From a virus (lineage: Duplodnaviria; Caudoviricetes), in the IMG/VR virus record IMGVR_UViG_3300033407_000066, positions 1-37,688 of that record: 37,688 nt of DNA; one strand, given 5' to 3'. Position numbers and translations under genes: made by a program. Each line of letters starts with the position of its first letter. The stretch's first letter is position 1. This document shows positions 35,207 to 37,688 of this stretch, in pieces. Below the pieces are notes generated by a model that worked only from the letters and a program-made list of their open reading frames with translations, was not told the DNA's origin and did no database searches.

Positions 35207-36508
35207 TCACCTAATCCTTGTCATTCCACTTTGCGGTTTTTTTCCAGATAGCGGGAACATTACATCAAACATATAGTCAGCGCCGTCAGAATAGTGCGTC
35301 AACTTCGGATTTTTCTTTATTTTACCTAAACTCACCGGATCTTGCTCAACTGATTCGTAATCTCGTTTTAGTCCTACGCATTTAGTCGGATGTAGTTTGA
35401 TGAGGCCTTTACTGAGTAGATTGTTATGTGAAAGTTGACGGCGTCTGAATGACGGTGCGCGTGAGTTATGTTTCACTTCCCACCCTTCTTTTCTCAATTG
35501 TACAATATCGGGTTGACCTTGAGTATTTCTAGCAACACCGGCGGGGTCAGGATAAATAATAACATTATCAGGGTGTAAACCCCGTGCTCGCATAGCATCG
35601 CTCATTTTTTGAGTATCATAGCCTTGAGGACCCGATAGATGAATTTGATCAAATGCCTCTGCCCGTTTTTCTGGCACGCCTTGTTTGTCGTATTGTACAA
35701 ATCCATAAGATCCTCTCACCTCATAGATATTCCATAGTGTTGCAGTCATCGGGTCCACGTTAAAATCCATACTCACATGTACAATTTGTGACTCGTCTTG
35801 GCATATTGAATCGTCGTCATTATTCATGGGATCATACGCATAGTAAAATCTATTCGTACTCATGTTGACCCAAAGTCCACGCAAGTACGCGTCTAACATC
35901 ACTGAGTCATAAGAACTCTCTAAAGATTTGATATAGTCGGGATTCAAATTTTCTAAATTATCTCTAGTGTCGCCATACAAAATACGAGAGTTTTCCAGTG
36001 GTTTTTCGACAAACGCATTATACAACCAATGCGACGTACCCTCGGGGGTGCCGGATGAAATAACTTGAGGGAAAGGAGCGTTCTTAACTCGGACACGTCC
36101 GATTGCTTCTTTGTAACGTTCATGACTAATGAGTGTGACCTCATTAATTCCACAGTATCCCCAGTTTGGGCCTCTGATTTTCTTCTCAGCAGAAGCAATA
36201 TACAACTTCCCTTTTGACCATGGGAATAGAAACCATTTATCTGTTTTATGATATCTATATCTGACTCTGTTATCGTCTAGTATTTGTTCAAATGTTGGAA
36301 GAACATCTTTTTTGAAATCAGCAATGGACGGGTTAACACATCCCCCGTCAACATTTTTATTAAGGGCTGAAAGTTTTAACAACTTCATTACAAGTGAATA
36401 TGTTTTTCCCCCACCGAAACCTGTAGACAAGTGTAGAAATTTAGAATGATCATCAATCTGAAATATGTGTTGGTGCTTATTTTTTTTATACCTAATTAAT
36501 GCCTTCAT
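35207..36508 (-). CDS. terL: Terminase large subunit
   Basis: Walker A GFGGGKT, GTPEG, YLRGLWV, nuclease SMDFNVDP, YPDPAG, HYSDGADY. Confidence 0.96.
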   Translation of the reverse strand: MKALIRYKKNKHQHIFQIDDHSKFLHLSTGFGGGKTYSLVMKLLKLSALNKNVDGGCVNPSIADFKKDVLPTFEQILDDNRVRYRYHKTDKWFLFPWSKGKLYIASAEKKIRGPNWGYCGINEVTLISHERYKEAIGRVRVKNAPFPQVISSGTPEGTSHWLYNAFVEKPLENSRILYGDTRDNLENLNPDYIKSLESSYDSVMLDAYLRGLWVNMSTNRFYYAYDPMNNDDDSICQDESQIVHVSMDFNVDPMTATLWNIYEVRGSYGFVQYDKQGVPEKRAEAFDQIHLSGPQGYDTQKMSDAMRARGLHPDNVIIYPDPAGVARNTQGQPDIVQLRKEGWEVKHNSRAPSFRRRQLSHNNLLSKGLIKLHPTKCVGLKRDYESVEQDPVSLGKIKKNPKLTHYSDGADYMFDVMFPLSGKKPQSGMTRIR

Positions 36509-36655
36509 TTATTTTTAAGATCGAGTTATTCGGAATTTCCGAATAACTGCCTGTCTACGCAGCATCCTCCGACGCCGTCACAATTCAATGGCATATCGTT
36601 AGAAGATCCGAAACGAAACCAAGCGCACCCATTTTCTGGGGAGCATTTTTTTTGA

Positions 36656-36994
36656 TCACTCTTCATAGTCAAATTCTAACCCATCACATTCATCAGCATC
36701 GACAGGATTTTCAGTCATCCCTAAATATTGTTTTGATAACCAGATCTGCATTGTGGTATTATTTCGAGCGATAGCATTATTCATCATAGCCCGTTTCAAA
36801 CTTATATTTCCGTATTGCATCATCCTTTTAGAATATTCGGAATAATTCATCCCAGTTTGTTCAAGAATTATTTTAACAAGTGTCTTTTGATCGATATTAA
36901 GGAAAGCTGCACATTCGGCTTGTGTGCAATGTAGTTTTAACAACTTGTCGAGGTCTTTAAGATCTATTTTCTTTCTCGGTCTACCGGCTCCCAT
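36656..36994 (-). CDS. terS: Terminase small subunit (repeat copy)
   Basis: Identical protein to 600..938. Confidence 0.85.
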   Translation of the reverse strand: MGAGRPRKKIDLKDLDKLLKLHCTQAECAAFLNIDQKTLVKIILEQTGMNYSEYSKRMMQYGNISLKRAMMNNAIARNNTTMQIWLSKQYLGMTENPVDADECDGLEFDYEE

Positions 36995-37013
36995 AGTGTT
37001 TACCCCTAAAAAA

Positions 37014-37610
37014 CTAGTTTGTTTTTATAATATATCCGTCTGAGGTCAGTTTATCAAAAGTCTCGCTTTGATGATCGTGATCCATGCAGATGACACTAAT
37101 AATATATTCTTTTGATTTTTCTTTCTTTTCTGTTGGAGTATCACCTACGTCGAGGTCGAATTTTTTTAGACCCAACCAATCCATGTCAAAGTCTGGTCCG
37201 AGATCTCCCATGATATCGTCAACGAGTGAAAAATCTAAATCAGACCATTCAGCGATGCCGTTATCACTGACTAAAAACGCATTTTCCTGGTCAGTATCTT
37301 TGAATTCCTGGTAGACAACTGGCACTTCATTGACACCAAGTTTTTTATAAGCACGCAGTCGGCCATGCCCAGCTAGAACTAAACCAGATAAGCTTGATAC
37401 GATGCACGGTACTCTAATTCCCTGATATTTTATTAACTCACACAATCGTTCAATTTGTGCTTGAGAATGTTTATTAGGATTTTTAGGATGAGGCTTTAGT
37501 TGTGAAATCGGTACCAGCTTAGTGTACTCGCATTTGATTTCAATTTTGTCGGATGATTTCGTCTTGGAGGTCTGTGAATTCTCTTTTTCCGTCTGCCCAT
37601 TCATGTGCAA
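37014..37610 (-). CDS. ParB/Srx-like protein (repeat copy)
   Basis: Identical protein to 958..1554. Confidence 0.85.
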   Translation of the reverse strand: MHMNGQTEKENSQTSKTKSSDKIEIKCEYTKLVPISQLKPHPKNPNKHSQAQIERLCELIKYQGIRVPCIVSSLSGLVLAGHGRLRAYKKLGVNEVPVVYQEFKDTDQENAFLVSDNGIAEWSDLDFSLVDDIMGDLGPDFDMDWLGLKKFDLDVGDTPTEKKEKSKEYIISVICMDHDHQSETFDKLTSDGYIIKTN

Positions 37611-37688
37611 TGTTCTCCAAATTGACTTGATCGTCTATTTTTTTTTGTTTTAGGATTCGCTCGGCGTCACTCATGTGTTTTTCAATGG

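Larger units (their letters stand above)
36057..37688. repeat. Direct terminal repeat, copy 2
   Basis: Matches 1..1632. Confidence 0.97.

Noticed and set aside
16287-35276. Many plus-strand ORFs opposite structural genes
   Set aside because: Fully antisense to well-supported minus-strand genes, with no RBS or motifs.
1-37688. tRNA, rRNA, integrase/att site, alternative genetic code
   Set aside because: None recognised by eye; long genes read through normally in the standard code. tRNAscan was not run.

Overview
An apparently complete, about 36.06-kb tailed dsDNA phage genome (siphovirus-like) with a 1,632-bp direct terminal repeat (1..1632 = 36057..37688). The minus strand from about 37.6 kb down to 15.1 kb is one long morphogenesis/lysis run: ParB-like protein, terS, terL, portal, two virion-morphogenesis paralogs, scaffold, P22-like major capsid, decoration/LamG proteins, head-tail proteins, major tail protein, a -1 frameshifted tail chaperone, tape measure, tail tip, fiber, two Gly-rich adhesin paralogs, spanin-like genes and an amidase. 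The 1.5-15 kb accessory region holds a pentapeptide-repeat protein, an intein-split SPPY-type DNA methyltransferase with a possible GNAT-like N-terminus, HTH and sigma-like regulators, SSB, a RusA-like nuclease and an ERF recombinase. I recognised no integrase, polymerase, helicase, primase or reverse transcriptase. The most unusual element (6825-8809) is a translationally coupled array of five (Gly-X)n peptide genes. Four share an MSGEI(D/E) leader, all five end GVL(K/Q), they are joined by conserved RBS/ATGA junction repeats, and they sit with a DUF6948-like gene and an AHG/ITxAC-motif gene. Also notable are a possible split ECF sigma factor, a structured ORF-poor region at about 11.7-12.5 kb, and twin hairpins at the scaffold RBS. 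All family assignments are by-eye motif recognition, not database searches.
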